DNA of 64,000 nt from Dehalococcoidia bacterium. GTDB taxonomy: Bacteria > Chloroflexota > Dehalococcoidia > UBA6926. The notes under the pieces are model-generated. The model worked only from the letters and a program-made list of their open reading frames with translations. It ran no database searches and had not been told where the DNA came from. Numbering within the stretch: the stretch's first letter is position 1; each line of letters starts with the position of its first letter. Shown here in pieces: positions 9,601 to 18,156 of the stretch. The stretch is taken from positions 2,318-66,317 of the forward strand of contig JBJKVP010000004.1 in assembly GCA_045562535.1 (NCBI GenBank), given 5' to 3'. The translations under genes were made by a program, and so were the position numbers.

Positions 9601-9740
9601 GAAGCAACCAAATTATCATGGTCTGTTAAAGCAAGTGAGGTGTAACCTAATTCTTTTGCTTGTAACAAAAGTTCATGTGGAAATGAAGCGCCTTCTTGAA
9701 AAGAATAGTTAGAGTGGCAATGGAGTTCTACATAACTCAT
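6627..9740 (-). CDS. dnaE2: error-prone DNA polymerase III alpha paralog (DnaE2/ImuC)
   Basis: 1037 aa. The N-terminal PHP domain MSYVELHCHSNYSFQEGAS and the size and order of the polymerase core and OB tail are typical of DnaE2. It sits downstream of a Y-family-like gene. Confidence 0.85.
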   Translation of the reverse strand: MSYVELHCHSNYSFQEGASFPHELLLQAKELGYTSLALTDHDNLVASMEFTKAANDIGIQPIIGSEITLEGGYHLTLLAKNKKGYSNLSRMISYAHINEQRTKPQVDMELLKKYAEGLIALTGCSKGYIPQLLNIGSFDKAEKTLKEYSDIFGTENLYLEMQQNFIHGDTARNNLLLDISKRNNIPTVATNNVHYHIQSRYKLNDTLVSIKNNLTLDNSHKYHRSNDQFFLKSAEKMEALFSSSPESLENTLKIAERCDFNLEKEVIYEFPEYRTPDGSSVNQYLRHICEKAAKDKYGSISTRVRGRLDEELRRIRKHKLSGFFLIYYDIIQIALEIIVELNSNSPNLSSINNSPGRGRGSSVAMLVGYLIGLSHIDPLNYDLGLDRFLPEDSNNVPDIDLDFPRDIREELIKRVHSKYGWEYAALTGAISTYKTKSSFGDIGKVLNINSLEVKKIMNKVGDTDSLIEIDLDKPYTQKPWLDLFELAVDLIGFPKFLQQHSGGMVISSTPIIDMVPVVPGAVKDRYIMQWDKDSIDQIGMVKIDFLALGTLSQMHDILKNITLSGKKPIDISRINFEDKKVYNSIKEADTVGVFQIESAAQMQTSPRLKPTNLNDMAYQVAAVRPGVGVSNGVANFIRRRNGKPWKFDHVLEEVPLGRTLGIILYQDQVNELGMAVAGFSAKEADQMRRAFSQKHKKHLYVDWQDRFIQGALSKNVSKKTAKLIFNKLNGEYMFPEAHAYAFGITAYQMAWLKFYYPLEFYVSLMNQQPMGFWSLETIKEDAKRHNIKIMSPDINLSLLKSTIEGLNIRTGLSYVKNLGVISSQKIISSKNQGGNFESLKDFINRNSISEEALLSLAESGAFDAFNSSRRHTKWEIGLYKKISNNQNSLIFPIDHEMASMPNENDGQIMMNELKSLKFSPRGHMMKEIRKTISTEIKTSKDLKKMKHGEIITTAGFVVRRQHPRSAKSYFFTLEDEYGHIPLVIWENVWESNKTVLQNNLLLVSGEISRQEGTFNLVVKEVQSTHIDNYRNRAVDWR

Positions 9741-9743
9741 AGT

Positions 9744-10034
9744 TTAATACCAATTAACCTTATACCAAATATTTGTTACCAAATCTTTATATATAACAAA
9801 AATATTTTGGTTTACAGTAGTCACTCTATAATAAGATCTATATATAGGATTATCAGTCCACCACCGATCTTTTACTAACCAATAGTCTTCTATATGGGAA
9901 ATTTCGTACTTGATTCCCCCATACTCTAGGAGCAAAGGTGCTTTATGCTCTCCTTCCATTACTAAAATGGAACGAGGTGTATTTATTTGTCGTACTCGAC
10001 TAGAAGATATCTCTCTTCCGGATGTTTCGAGCAT
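9744..10034 (-). CDS. small Trp/Tyr-rich hypothetical protein between the imuB-like gene and dnaE2
   Basis: 96 aa. A strong RBS (AAAGGAGG, 7 nt before ATG 10034). It overlaps the imuB-like 3' end by 52 nt in another frame and ends 4 nt before the dnaE2 start. Confidence 0.5.
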   Translation of the reverse strand: MLETSGREISSSRVRQINTPRSILVMEGEHKAPLLLEYGGIKYEISHIEDYWLVKDRWWTDNPIYRSYYRVTTVNQNIFVIYKDLVTNIWYKVNWY

Positions 10035-11137
10035 TTATCTACCTCCTTTATCTTATATATGGGAACCTTATTACCTGAAATAACGGCCAATTGACTTATA
10101 GATTCATTTAAATTGGCTCTGTTTTTTAAATTTTCAAACAAACTATTTTGTATACCAAATTCCCCTGTAATGCCTCTAAACTCAACACTTAACGATTCAA
10201 CAGGGCCCGTAAAATCCATGCGGTCCAAAACCATTTTGGTAATAAAAAATATTTTTTCATAATTACCTAGAGCACGACGAAATGGCACATCAACTACATG
10301 AATAGAGTCTTCATATACATGGGCTTTTAGTCTCGCTGACCTAACAAATCTACCTTTTAATCTATTATCCAAATAAGCAAGTTTAATCACTTGATATAAA
10401 GCTAATTGCAGCATACTAAAATCATTGTTTGGATAATCAAAATTAATAGTTTTTTCAATCACTAGAGGGTGTGCTACAGGTGTAAGTACATTAGTATCTA
10501 TCCCTCTTGATAAAGACCATATCAGTCGCCCAGTACTACCAAACTGTGCCTCCATTGGTGCAAGATTTTGCGTTGCTATATCGCCTAAAAGAGACATCCC
10601 AAAAGATAATAATTTGTTTTTAGTATCTAAACCAATAGGTAAAACATCTATGGATATCGAGGATAAAAAATCTGGTAAATTTGATGTAGTTTTACAAAAA
10701 TTATTATCTGAAGCATATAAAGCAGCTACAAAAGCAGGGAATTTCCCATTTGATACACCCCAGTTAATATTCAATTGTTTAAAAAAAATTGAATCCAGAT
10801 ATTCTTTATATTTCTCAATATTTAATTTCATATATGCACATCCAAACCCTCCATCTTCTACAACCAATGCATACTCAGTTAAAACACCTATAGTTTTATT
10901 CCATTGTTCTTCATAGTATTCATATTCAGGTTTAATCAGAGTTGCATTAGGTGACAAAGCTAATGCATCATTCAGGGAAAGTCCGTACGAAATTCCGAGA
11001 GATGCTGCCTCTGGTGAAAAACCCATCACTCCAGAAAAACGATCACCTATAATCACAGATTTACCATTTATCTGAGGATCACGAGTTTCATGTAGTTGAA
11101 AAAAATAATTTGGTATCAACATGCAAGTTATTTCCAT
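9983..11137 (-). CDS. imuB: ImuB-like Y-family polymerase homolog (probably catalytically inactive)
   Basis: 384 aa. The N-terminus CMLIPNYFFQLHE occupies the place where active Y-family enzymes carry D-x-D-x-F-F/Y...E. Its position directly upstream of dnaE2 matches the imuB-dnaE2 cassette. Confidence 0.65.
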   Translation of the reverse strand: MEITCMLIPNYFFQLHETRDPQINGKSVIIGDRFSGVMGFSPEAASLGISYGLSLNDALALSPNATLIKPEYEYYEEQWNKTIGVLTEYALVVEDGGFGCAYMKLNIEKYKEYLDSIFFKQLNINWGVSNGKFPAFVAALYASDNNFCKTTSNLPDFLSSISIDVLPIGLDTKNKLLSFGMSLLGDIATQNLAPMEAQFGSTGRLIWSLSRGIDTNVLTPVAHPLVIEKTINFDYPNNDFSMLQLALYQVIKLAYLDNRLKGRFVRSARLKAHVYEDSIHVVDVPFRRALGNYEKIFFITKMVLDRMDFTGPVESLSVEFRGITGEFGIQNSLFENLKNRANLNESISQLAVISGNKVPIYKIKEVDKCSKHPEERYLLVEYDK

Positions 11138-11164
11138 TTTTAATCTCCAGGAATCAAGGTTAAT

Positions 11165-11178
11165 AGAACATTAGTTCT
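11165..11178 (-). promoter_or_regulatory. candidate LexA (SOS) operator of the GAAC-N4-GTTC type
   Basis: A perfect palindrome AGAAC-ATTA-GTTCT lies 28-41 nt upstream of the imuB-like start codon. Confidence 0.5.
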
Positions 11179-11245
11179 TTCTCAAGCGGCAATGGCACAA
11201 ATCTATCGCGATAATGTATAAAACAGCAAATAGGCAGAGGATTTT

Positions 11246-11274
11246 TTATTGTGTTGAAAATATTTACCTATAAT
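11246..11274 (+). promoter_or_regulatory. possible sigma70-type promoter for tRNA-Gly
   Basis: TTATTG, then 17 nt, then TATAAT (11269-11274), about 44 nt upstream of the tRNA 5' end. Confidence 0.3.
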
Positions 11275-11317
11275 TCTTGGCTACACGATAAAAAAGGGGT
11301 AAAATAGCGTCTGCTGA

Positions 11318-11392
<75 letters not shown>

Positions 11393-11416
11393 ACTATATT
11401 GAGTAAACGAAAAAAT

Positions 11417-13867
11417 ATGTTATTTATGAAAAAATCAAAATCTTGGTTAACCTCTTGTTTATTTTTATTAATATTATCGTTATCGTGTTCTACTAATTCT
11501 CAAGAAGCCATATCGCCAACTGATCAGACGAGAATGAATCCATCTCCAACAGGTATGCAACAGGAGCATCCTCCAACTAACCAACCAGGTATGCGACAAG
11601 AACACCCGCCGACTAATCAACCAGGCATGCGGCAGGAACACCCGCCGACTAATCAACCAGGCATGCGGCAGGAACACCCGCCGACTAACCAACCAGGCAT
11701 GCGACAAGAACACTCGCCGACTAACCAACCAGGCATGCGGCAGGAACACCCGCCGACTAATCAACCAGGCATGCGACAAGAACACCCGCCGACTAATCAA
11801 CCAGGCATGCGGCAGGAACACCCGCCGACTAACCAACCAGGCATGCGGCAGGAACACCCGCCGACTAATCAACCAGGCATGCGGCAGGAACACCCGCCGA
11901 CTAATCAACCAGGCATGCGACAAGAACACTCGCCGACTAACCAACCATCGAACAATGGCCCACCACCAGGGGCAGGGTTTTATAGTTTAACTGTGAAACA
12001 GCAGTCTTCGTCATATATTGAGGCAGAACCATCATCAAAAACATCTTTTACCTCCGGGCAAGACGCTTCACTATGGTTATCTGGGTATGGTTTTAATAAA
12101 TCTGGTGGACCATCTCTGTTTAATCGGCCAGTTTCAATAGCGTCTGATGGTAAGCGCTTAGCAGTAACGGACAGAAATAATAACCGAGTTTTAATATGGA
12201 CTTCTATTCCATCGAGTAACGTGGCCCCAGACTTAGTTTTGGGCCAGGACAATTTTGAAACTCATCTTGAGGGTAAAGGAATGGATGGCTTAGACTTCCC
12301 CGGACAAGTCACTATGGCCCCTGACGGTAAAGTTTTAGTAGCAGATTCCAATAATAATCGAATCCTTGTCTGGACTAGTTTTCCGTCGGTATCAGGACAA
12401 GCAGCAAACTTCGCCATTAATGTCGATTCGCTCATAGGCTCACAAGGGGCATGGCCTTGGGGGGTTTGGACCAATGGAGAAAAAGTCGTGATAGCTGTCA
12501 CCTCAGGCGGGGATAATGGCAGCAAGCTTATTATTTGGAATTCATTCCCTTCATCAGGTTCTGTTCAGCCTGATCTTCATATTAAAGTAGCTGTTATGGG
12601 AACACCAAGAATGATTGTTTCCAATGGTGAATATATTTTAACTGGTGACGAAAACGGAAAAACTGAATGTAAAGATGGCTCCAATAGCCATATATGGGCG
12701 AGTTGGCCAACTAAAAATAATCAAGCACCGGATGCCTGTCATAGTGGATGGATTGGTGGAACAATTATTGGTGAAAAGTTAATTGCAATACAGCAAGGAG
12801 GCGAAACCTTAGCTTGGTGGGATGAGCTTCCGAGGACGACCGAAGAGGTTTCAATCAATAAACGTGAAGCTTTGCCAGGAGTAGGCCACAGGTGGAATGG
12901 CGGTGATGGTAACGACGCAGTTTATGTTGATGGGAAATTGTTCATAGTTGAATATAATGGAGGAAGAGTATCTGTTTTTAATGAACTCCCTACAGGCCCG
13001 GATATAAAACCTGACTGGGCACTAGGAACAACTGATCCATCAGTTAATCCTTATTATGAGAATTGGCTTATACAAAATGGTCAACCTGCATCAAATGGCG
13101 AAAGGTTATTTATAGCCTCTGATTTTGATCGATCCCTGTCAGTATGGAACAAAATACCAGGAGAATCAGGAGCAATACCAGACTTATTTTACCGCAGATT
13201 TGAAAATGCTCCATGGGATATAGCATTGTATGAAAATACAGTGCTTTTAGCAGGGCAAAAAGGAATATATGGCTGGAAAAACTTTGATGGGACTGGGGAA
13301 TTACCAGAGATAGAGATTGATGGTGCTATCGGTTCTGTTGCCCTTCAAGATTTACGAGGCGTTGCTTACAACGGAAAATATTTCGCACTAGCAAGTGAAA
13401 GTGCTAAAAAAGTTTGGGTATGGGAAGGAATTCCAACTGAGAATGATGATCCAGTTTATACGTTAGATGTACCTCAAGGCCCAGGACGTTTAGACGCGAA
13501 TAATGAGTGGCTAGTAATCTCTGGTTACCCTGCAGACAGGTTTAATGTGAAGGCCATAAAATTCACCGATCTTGCTACAGGGCAATTACAAAATATACTT
13601 GGACACAATTCTTTCCCCCAAAGCGCTGTCTTTACAGATATTGGCTTTTTCATAAGCCAACAGGCGGACAATCAAGTATTAGGATGGGATTCTATAGAAT
13701 CAGCATTGGCAGGCATGAACCCTAAAATTATTCTGGGTAATGGAAAAGGAACAAAGGCAGCTGATTCTATAAAAATGGCTAATGCGATAGGATGGGATGG
13801 AACCCATTTATGGGTAGGAGAGTTCAAATTTTCCACGCGTATCCTTGGATTTAAACCTACAAAATAA
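11417..13867 (+). CDS. secreted (possibly lipid-anchored) NHL-repeat beta-propeller protein with an N-terminal 12-aa tandem repeat linker
   Basis: The track ORF starts inside the tRNA, so the realistic start is ATG 11417 or 11426 (MKKSKSWLTSCLFLLILSLSC signal). It contains 11 copies of GMRQEHPPTNQP, followed by recurring NNNRVLIWTS / NNNRILVWTS NHL-like blades. Confidence 0.7.
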   Translation: MLFMKKSKSWLTSCLFLLILSLSCSTNSQEAISPTDQTRMNPSPTGMQQEHPPTNQPGMRQEHPPTNQPGMRQEHPPTNQPGMRQEHPPTNQPGMRQEHSPTNQPGMRQEHPPTNQPGMRQEHPPTNQPGMRQEHPPTNQPGMRQEHPPTNQPGMRQEHPPTNQPGMRQEHSPTNQPSNNGPPPGAGFYSLTVKQQSSSYIEAEPSSKTSFTSGQDASLWLSGYGFNKSGGPSLFNRPVSIASDGKRLAVTDRNNNRVLIWTSIPSSNVAPDLVLGQDNFETHLEGKGMDGLDFPGQVTMAPDGKVLVADSNNNRILVWTSFPSVSGQAANFAINVDSLIGSQGAWPWGVWTNGEKVVIAVTSGGDNGSKLIIWNSFPSSGSVQPDLHIKVAVMGTPRMIVSNGEYILTGDENGKTECKDGSNSHIWASWPTKNNQAPDACHSGWIGGTIIGEKLIAIQQGGETLAWWDELPRTTEEVSINKREALPGVGHRWNGGDGNDAVYVDGKLFIVEYNGGRVSVFNELPTGPDIKPDWALGTTDPSVNPYYENWLIQNGQPASNGERLFIASDFDRSLSVWNKIPGESGAIPDLFYRRFENAPWDIALYENTVLLAGQKGIYGWKNFDGTGELPEIEIDGAIGSVALQDLRGVAYNGKYFALASESAKKVWVWEGIPTENDDPVYTLDVPQGPGRLDANNEWLVISGYPADRFNVKAIKFTDLATGQLQNILGHNSFPQSAVFTDIGFFISQQADNQVLGWDSIESALAGMNPKIILGNGKGTKAADSIKMANAIGWDGTHLWVGEFKFSTRILGFKPTK
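11552..11947 (+). repeat. 36-bp tandem repeat, 11 head-to-tail in-frame copies
   Basis: The unit is ggcatgcg(a/g)ca(a/g)gaacac(c/t)cgccgactaa(t/c)caacca, with only a few variable positions. The array is 396 bp, exactly 11 x 36. Confidence 0.95.
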
Positions 13868-13896
13868 AAAATAGTATGCTTAAAGTTCCCAAACAT

Positions 13897-14553
13897 TTAT
13901 GTGTTTGAGACACCCGCATTTTTTACTTTAACTCCGTATACATGCCATAAAAGTAGTGCCGCTGCACCTCTATAAGGTCGCCAATTTTCACCTATTGATT
14001 CCATTTCATCGCGATTAGGTCGATCATCCAACGATTTTATAATTTTCATACCTCCTTGTAAGGCAACATCATTTGCAGGCCATGCATCCATATCACCTAG
14101 CGCAAATAATCTATAATTATCGGCGGTCCATGCTCCAACACCACGTATAGAAATTAAACGTTCTTTCACTTGTTCTCCATGGAGATTATTTAAAGATTTA
14201 AGATCCAGGCTCCCAGAAACAATTTCGTTAGCAATCCCAATAATATATTCAGCCTTACGGCGTGATAGCCCAGCTAACATCATATCTTCTGGTTGCAATT
14301 CTGATATAACCTTGCTGTCGTTAATATCTATATCCACAAGCCGATTCCATATGCTGGTAGCAGCAGAGGTTGAAATTTGCTGCCCGACAATAATATGAGC
14401 CAGTGTGCCAAAATCGGCCGGTCGTGAACGGTCGGGTGGATAACCATAGTTTTCTATTGCGGTTTTTATATCATTATCCAAATCGCCTAATAGTTTTAAA
14501 GCGATTTTGGGGTCAAATATTTTTTCATTCATTGTTTCGCCATCACCAATCAT
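13897..14553 (-). CDS. DNA-3-methyladenine glycosylase II-like (HhH-GPD, AlkA family)
   Basis: The motifs IIVGQQIS...A, SRRKAEYI, and IRGVGAWTADNYRLFALGDMDAWPANDVAL form a helix-hairpin-helix/GPD signature with a catalytic Asp. The start overlaps the upstream permease stop (ATGA). Confidence 0.75.
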   Translation of the reverse strand: MIGDGETMNEKIFDPKIALKLLGDLDNDIKTAIENYGYPPDRSRPADFGTLAHIIVGQQISTSAATSIWNRLVDIDINDSKVISELQPEDMMLAGLSRRKAEYIIGIANEIVSGSLDLKSLNNLHGEQVKERLISIRGVGAWTADNYRLFALGDMDAWPANDVALQGGMKIIKSLDDRPNRDEMESIGENWRPYRGAAALLLWHVYGVKVKNAGVSNT

Positions 14554-15383
14554 GCATGTGGTTCGCTCTTGAATAATAGTCTCTCTTTAATGGCAGAATA
14601 GATTAAAGATAATATAAATAAGAAAGATGAAAAAAGGACTACCGCAGGGCCAGATGAAATATCTAAATAAAAACTTATATACAAGCCGACTAATCCACAA
14701 AAGGCACCAGTTGATACTGATATCACCATCATTTTATTAAAATCATTTGTAAGCATACGTGCAATAACTGGGGGAATTACAATCGTAGCAGCAATCATAG
14801 TAACTCCTAGAATCTGCAAAGAAACAACCACTGTAGCAGCTAAAATTAGCGAGAATATCCCATCTAATAAACCAGTATGAACTCCGTAATATTCAGAGCT
14901 CTCTGGATCAAATGTAGTGAACAATAAATATTTATAAGCGCCTACAACTATGATCGAAACCAAAATTACAACAAAAACAACCGAGTATAATTCCAGTTCG
15001 TTTATACCTAATATATTTCCAAAGAGAGCCGCATCAAAGCTTCTTGTAAATCCTTGAAACCGACTTATTAATGCTACACCTAAAGCAAAACTTGCAGTTG
15101 TAATTATACCAATTGATGAGTCAGTGCTTATATTTTTTTTTCTTGAAGTAAAAGTGATAAGCATAGCTGATAGAAATCCCCAAATACTTGCACCTATAAA
15201 AAAATTAATGGATATTATATAACTTACTACAGCTCCTCCGAAGATAGAGTGGGCAAGCCCATGGCCTATGTAAGCCATCCTCCTTAAAACAACATAGACA
15301 CCGATAAGACCACACAAACCTCCTACAAGAGTACCCGCTATAATCGCTCGAACAAAAAAATCATACTCAAAAGGTAAAAACAT
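14550..15383 (-). CDS. metal (Zn/Mn-type) ABC transporter permease
   Basis: 277 aa, about 8 TM segments, ZnuB/MntB/TroD-like text, in an operon with an ATPase and a cluster-9 binding protein. Confidence 0.8.
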   Translation of the reverse strand: MFLPFEYDFFVRAIIAGTLVGGLCGLIGVYVVLRRMAYIGHGLAHSIFGGAVVSYIISINFFIGASIWGFLSAMLITFTSRKKNISTDSSIGIITTASFALGVALISRFQGFTRSFDAALFGNILGINELELYSVVFVVILVSIIVVGAYKYLLFTTFDPESSEYYGVHTGLLDGIFSLILAATVVVSLQILGVTMIAATIVIPPVIARMLTNDFNKMMVISVSTGAFCGLVGLYISFYLDISSGPAVVLFSSFLFILSLIYSAIKERLLFKSEPHA

Positions 15384-15400
15384 ACTTTATAATTACCGAT

Positions 15401-16216
15401 CTATTTTATGTTGTTATTAAAAACATGTGGCGACTCAGCAACTATTGGCAATCCTTTATAACGAGTCACATGAATAGGTGCTCCATACGTTTCTGTCAGT
15501 ATATCGACCGTAAATATATCTTTTGGTGCTCCGTCAGCAATAATATTTCTGTTAAGGCAAATAACTCTAGGCAAGTGGGCTGCGACAGCATTAATTTCAT
15601 GGGTTGCCATAATAATAGTTACATCTTGATGATTAAGTTCGTGCAGAATGTGCATAACTTCATCTCTAGTTCTTATATCAATTCCAGTTGTTGGTTCATC
15701 AAGTAACAAAAGATGTGGATTATTTATCAACGATCGTGATAATAAAACTCTCTGTTTTTGACCACCAGAAAGTTCATTCACGTGCCTAGAACGAACATCT
15801 ACAATACCCATTTTTTCCATAATTTCAAAAGCGGCAGCTTTAGCTTTTTTTGAAAACCAGGGATACAGTTTGTTCTTTGAAATAGTTCCCATTAATACGA
15901 CTTGTTCAACAGATATAGGGAAATTCCAATTTATACTAGACATCTGAGGCATGTAGCCTACATTTGGCCTCTGAACATCTGCAGCTTCACCATTCATAAC
16001 GACTTCACCGTTAGAAACATTAGTTAATCCCATTATTGTTCTTAAAAGAGTAGTTTTACCAGAACCACTGGGTCCTAATAGTGCTACAAAATCACCACGG
16101 TTTATAATTAAATCAATATTTTCTAGCACAATATTACCGCTAATTGTGCTAGAAACATCAATGAATTTCAGTATAGGTTCATTCTTGGAATATTTATGGG
16201 GTGTTTCGTGTAGCAT
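15401..16216 (-). CDS. metal ABC transporter ATP-binding protein
   Basis: Walker A GPSGSGKTT, signature LSGGQKQR, Walker B LLLLDEP. Confidence 0.85.
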   Translation of the reverse strand: MLHETPHKYSKNEPILKFIDVSSTISGNIVLENIDLIINRGDFVALLGPSGSGKTTLLRTIMGLTNVSNGEVVMNGEAADVQRPNVGYMPQMSSINWNFPISVEQVVLMGTISKNKLYPWFSKKAKAAAFEIMEKMGIVDVRSRHVNELSGGQKQRVLLSRSLINNPHLLLLDEPTTGIDIRTRDEVMHILHELNHQDVTIIMATHEINAVAAHLPRVICLNRNIIADGAPKDIFTVDILTETYGAPIHVTRYKGLPIVAESPHVFNNNIK

Positions 16217-17253
16217 TAGGGATATATCACCTGACTTTTACCTTCAAAAGTTTGACTCACATCCACATATTGTAAACCTTCAGCGGTACCACCTAAAGCT
16301 ACAACAATAGTGCGAACATTTTCCACCATTAAACCCATATATGAGTGTGTTAAGTCACCATGATTACCAGGTAAGTCGTCATCTCTTAAGTTATCGACAA
16401 AAGAAATACCAGCTTCATCAGCTATTTGCTCCATAATTGGACTTGGAAAAACATTAGACCCGAATATAGCAGGTACCTTTTCCAAACGAATCTGGTCTAT
16501 CAAACGAGCGACCTCTCTAGCCGAAGGTTCATTAAAATCCGAAGGCTGAACGGCCGCTATGACTTTAAAATCATACCGTTTTGCAAAATACGGAAATGAA
16601 TCATGGTAAGTAAGCAGCTTCCTGTTAGCTTCAGGGATACTTGTTACAGCAACTTTAATACGAGAATCTAAATCAATAATACGTTTTTCAAATGTATCGT
16701 AATTCGTTCTATAGTACGCTTCGCCAGAAGGATCTATTTTGGAAAGTTCAAGAAATATTATGGCCGCATATTCTAAGGCAAGGATAGGATCTGTCCAGAG
16801 ATGAGGGTTAGGGACACCTTGTTCTGCAGGAAACGAAAAGTCATATATCCATTTCGATTTTTCAAGCGTTCTATTACCTAATAAAACAATCTCAGATTCT
16901 TCTCTTTTATTCTTTAAAGCCATATCTAGAGCAGGTTCTTCAAGATAAAGGCCATTCAAAAAGATAATATCTGCATTGGAAAAGGCGATAGCCGTAGACG
17001 GCGGAGGATCAAACGTATGCGAATTAACCCCTTCTGGGACAATCCCTTTCAAAGTTATTCGTTCCCCTCCAACTGCTTCTACAATACTAGTAATTGGAGA
17101 AACGGTCGTTATAACCCTTGGTTTTATTGATCCGTCTTCCAAAAACAACTGGTCTTCCGCTTGCTCTTGCTGGCACCCAGCAAACGAAGCAATTAAAAGA
17201 ATAACTAATATAAGACCTACTACATTAGTATATTTAAATATTGATTTGAGCAA
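16216..17253 (-). CDS. metal ABC transporter substrate-binding lipoprotein (ZnuA/TroA family)
   Basis: Lipobox FAGC. Conserved SHTFDP and NPHLWTDP metal-ligand motifs. Confidence 0.8.
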   Translation of the reverse strand: MLKSIFKYTNVVGLILVILLIASFAGCQQEQAEDQLFLEDGSIKPRVITTVSPITSIVEAVGGERITLKGIVPEGVNSHTFDPPPSTAIAFSNADIIFLNGLYLEEPALDMALKNKREESEIVLLGNRTLEKSKWIYDFSFPAEQGVPNPHLWTDPILALEYAAIIFLELSKIDPSGEAYYRTNYDTFEKRIIDLDSRIKVAVTSIPEANRKLLTYHDSFPYFAKRYDFKVIAAVQPSDFNEPSAREVARLIDQIRLEKVPAIFGSNVFPSPIMEQIADEAGISFVDNLRDDDLPGNHGDLTHSYMGLMVENVRTIVVALGGTAEGLQYVDVSQTFEGKSQVIYP

Positions 17254-17267
17254 AGGAATTCGCGATT

Positions 17268-18152
17268 TTATTCCTCACGTACTTTGGATCTTGGGCCAAA
17301 TGGCTCTGGCTGAAACGGGCCATCACGCGTTTGCAGAAACCCTCGCATGCCACCTGTTTCCTGAGCATCATCTAAGTATTTTCTAAAATCTTCACGCTGA
17401 GATGTCTGTGCTAAAGCTCCTAGTTCTGTATTCAAAGTTAATGCGTTTCTTAAACCCATCATCTCTAACCCCATAGTAGCTACCTGAAGATTAATTTTCA
17501 CAGTCTCAGGTGAAACCAAAGCTATCCTCTCCACAATACCAAAACAATGGTCAATCAATTCTTCATCAGGGATTACATTATTAACAAGACCAATTCTTAA
17601 CGCTTCCTCAGCATCTATGTGGTCTCCTGTTAACCCATATCTTAAAGCATGTTTATACCCAGCATTGAGAGTCCAAAAGAAACTAGTATTAGAAATCATT
17701 CGAATTTCTGGTTGAGAAAATACAGCTTTATCCGATGCGTAGGTCATGTGGCAAGTTAATGCATACCATGAGCCACCTCCCATGCACCAACCATTAACGG
17801 CGGCAATAACGGGTTTGGTTAATTCCCAAATTTGTAAAAGCCTTTTATTCTCGTCCGAGCCTCTTGTACGCCAATCATCTAAAAACGCAGCAACGCTCAT
17901 ACCCTCAGGCAACCCATAAGGCCATACTGTTGGGGGAGAATCGCCACCAATATCATATCCAGAAGAAAACGCGCGACCTGCCCCAGTTAGTACAATAGCC
18001 CTTATTTCAGGATCAGCTTCAGCCTCGGCAAGAGCACTGGCCAAATCACTTTCAAGTCCGTGACTTATAGCATTCAGAGTTTCTGGCCGGTTTAAAGTTA
18101 TCAAAACTCCACCACGTTGCTTTTCATAAAGAACATTCTCAAATTCGGGCAT
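17268..18152 (-). CDS. enoyl-CoA hydratase/isomerase (crotonase) family protein, paralog 1
   Basis: LITLNRPETLNA...VLTGAGRAFSSGYD...AAVNGWCMGGG. The C-terminal tail is RDGPFQPEPFGPRS. Confidence 0.8.
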   Translation of the reverse strand: MPEFENVLYEKQRGGVLITLNRPETLNAISHGLESDLASALAEAEADPEIRAIVLTGAGRAFSSGYDIGGDSPPTVWPYGLPEGMSVAAFLDDWRTRGSDENKRLLQIWELTKPVIAAVNGWCMGGGSWYALTCHMTYASDKAVFSQPEIRMISNTSFFWTLNAGYKHALRYGLTGDHIDAEEALRIGLVNNVIPDEELIDHCFGIVERIALVSPETVKINLQVATMGLEMMGLRNALTLNTELGALAQTSQREDFRKYLDDAQETGGMRGFLQTRDGPFQPEPFGPRSKVREE

Positions 18153-18156
18153 CTTA

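Noticed and set aside
9983-10034. The imuB-like ORF and the 96-aa ORF as one gene broken by a frameshift (ImuB proteins are usually longer)
   Set aside because: The 96-aa ORF has its own strong AAAGGAGG RBS at ideal spacing, and the overlap geometry is typical of coupled genes. Without an alignment I cannot exclude a frameshift entirely, so it is noted in the relevant finding.
11480-11944. 154-aa antisense ORF across the 36-bp repeat array
   Set aside because: It is a repeat-generated open frame on the opposite strand of a well-supported secreted protein gene.
11552-11947. Possible CRISPR array (regular 36-bp repeats); the same question applies to the 60-bp array at 57590-61050
   Set aside because: The repeats are directly abutting with no unique spacers. 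They are in frame within long ORFs and encode regular peptide repeats. No cas genes or leader are present.
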